64,000 bases of DNA from NCBI GenBank assembly GCA_951406725.2, contig OX597837.1, positions 25,792,001-25,856,000 on the forward strand, in the 5' to 3' direction. Both the position numbers and the translations under genes were made by a program. Source of the DNA: Octopus vulgaris (Eukaryota). Shown here piece after piece: positions 62,209 to 64,000 of this stretch (within the stretch, counting starts at the first letter, position 1; each line of letters starts with the position of its first letter). A model generated the notes under the pieces. The model was not told the DNA's origin and ran no database searches. It saw only the letters and a list, made by a program, of their open reading frames with translations.

Positions 62209-64000
62209 TAATAATAATAATAATGATAATAATAATAATAGTTAATGTAATCGACTATTCCCCTCCCACAAAATTTCAGGCCTTGTGTCTTTAGTAGGAA
62301 GGATTATCATTATCATTATTGGTCAAAGAAACTGTTTTGTAAAAGAAAGCTGGGGATGTGAGGTACAGACAGACAGTAAACAGGCAGAGCCTAAGTTCAA
62401 ATCTTGAAAGTCATTGAATGAAGACATGCATTATGGGAATTAAATCATTTAAGGGTGAACTTTTGAAAGACGAAGGCTGCAGGAAGAATATGGTTAACTT
62501 TAAGTCTCTTTAATGTCTTCTCTTCACTGTCAAGTGAAGAACAGTATCCAGCTGTAAGATAATTCCCCTTAGCAGATAAGATCAATAAAGAGATTCAAAG
62601 ATCAATCAAACCCAAAGATAAAACAAATACGAAACCAGGAAATAATTGAAGCAGTCATCCTGCTTTAACCTCCTACACTCTGGACTTACTACAGCCTCAA
62701 CTTTCTGCACCTCTCCTCATCTACATACAAAGCACTCCACCCGGATTACCACTGGATATACTCATGGATCTCACTGGACTCTTGTATTGATAAATTTATC
62801 TATTGGCTTGGTTTGATTGATTAATCCCTACTGCGTGGGAACCGATTACACTTGGTTCCATGAATGTGCGCTTGAGACGCGGAGGATGAAGTTAACTAAT
62901 TTCTGATCAAAAGACAAGATTTGGTTTGCATTCAAACCATATTACTCTTTTACTTGTTTCAGTCGTTTGACTGTGGCCATGCTGGAGCACCGCCTTTAGT
63001 CGAGCACATCGACCCTCAGGACTTATTCTTTGTAAGCCCAGTACTTATTCTATCAGTCTCTTTTGCTGAACCTCTAAGTAACGGGGATGTCAACACACCA
63101 CACAAACACACATATTTTTTCTTCTTTCTCTCTTCCTTTTTTCTGACACTTCCTTCAGATACAAAGGCACACACACACACACACGCACTCTCTCTCACTT
63201 TCTACCCAGAACCATATTGATTTATTATCTGTACATTAGCTTACAAAAAATATTTAACCAATGCAAAGAGGGATTTCCAGAGGGACAGCATTTTGGAGGG
63301 GAAAAGCATTGGGTATGAGGACCGCATTAGCAGTAATATGGGTGATGAATGAGTTGTGGAGAGGGGACACATTGAAAACGACACAAGACCAGAGCAAGCT
63401 TTAAGGAACAGATAACACTGCCAGTAATATATATATATATATATATACATTCATGGCACTCTCATGAACTTATTCACCCACTAACCCTATCCATGTATTC
63501 CGTTTACAGCAAGATATCTGTTTCTGTCCTTCTACTCCTACTCTGGCAGAAAGCCACCTCCCTCGATACTACTCCACCCCCGCATTTGAGGGAACCTTGT
63601 CTTACAAGTCACTTGGTGACCTCAATGTTGCTGATGCGCCATAAAAAGCATCCACTACACTCTGTAGAGTGGCTGGTATTAGGGAGGGCATCCAACCATA
63701 GAAACCATGCCAAAGCAGACAATACAGCTTGGTGCAGTCTCCTGCCTTCCAGTGTCTGTCAAACTGTCCAACCCATGCCAGCATGGAGGATAAATGGCAA
63801 AAGAGACTGATAGAATAAGTACTAGGCATCATAATATAAGTCCTAGGGTTGATTTGTTTGACTGAAACCTTTCAAGGTGGTGCCCCAGCATGGCTACAGT
63901 CAAATAGCAAACAAGTAAAAGGTAATAGATAAAATATATATATACATATATATATCTATTCGCCATGATAGATCGGTAGCCACTGCAAACATTTTTTTTC

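Noticed and set aside
38296-64000. Upstream GOPC exons, or an equivalent of the vertebrate 8-aa neuronal microexon
   Set aside because: No matching sequence was found by eye. They probably lie outside the window, although a microexon could have been missed.

Overview
This is eukaryotic, AT-rich and very repeat-dense DNA. Its tRNA-derived SINE families and microsatellite load suggest an octopus genome (inference). The only host protein-coding sequence I can support is two minus-strand exons of a GOPC/PIST/CAL (Golgi-associated PDZ and coiled-coil protein) orthologue, at 38120-38295 and 10152-10317. They splice in frame across a ~27.8 kb intron. The other GOPC exons were not found, so the whole window is probably inside this gene. 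The rest is intronic. It holds at least six SINE-like families, decayed LINE fragments (HERO-like, RTE/BovB-like, CR1-like, R4/Dong-like), mariner relics, pogo-like and piggyBac-like MITEs, non-autonomous Helitrons, fold-back elements embedded in microsatellites, and long simple repeats. Almost all ORFs in the supplied track are repeat artefacts. There is no CRISPR array, rRNA or convincing tRNA gene. The best leads are: (1) a tRNA-headed element ending in a minimal hammerhead-ribozyme motif (52574-53286), with other degenerate hammerhead-like motifs and fold-backs suggesting Penelope-type mobilisation; (2) SINE multimers with an invariant junction; (3) two in-frame candidate alternative GOPC exons. 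Repeat coordinates are approximate unless a TSD or TIR is given. Family letters A-F are my own labels.
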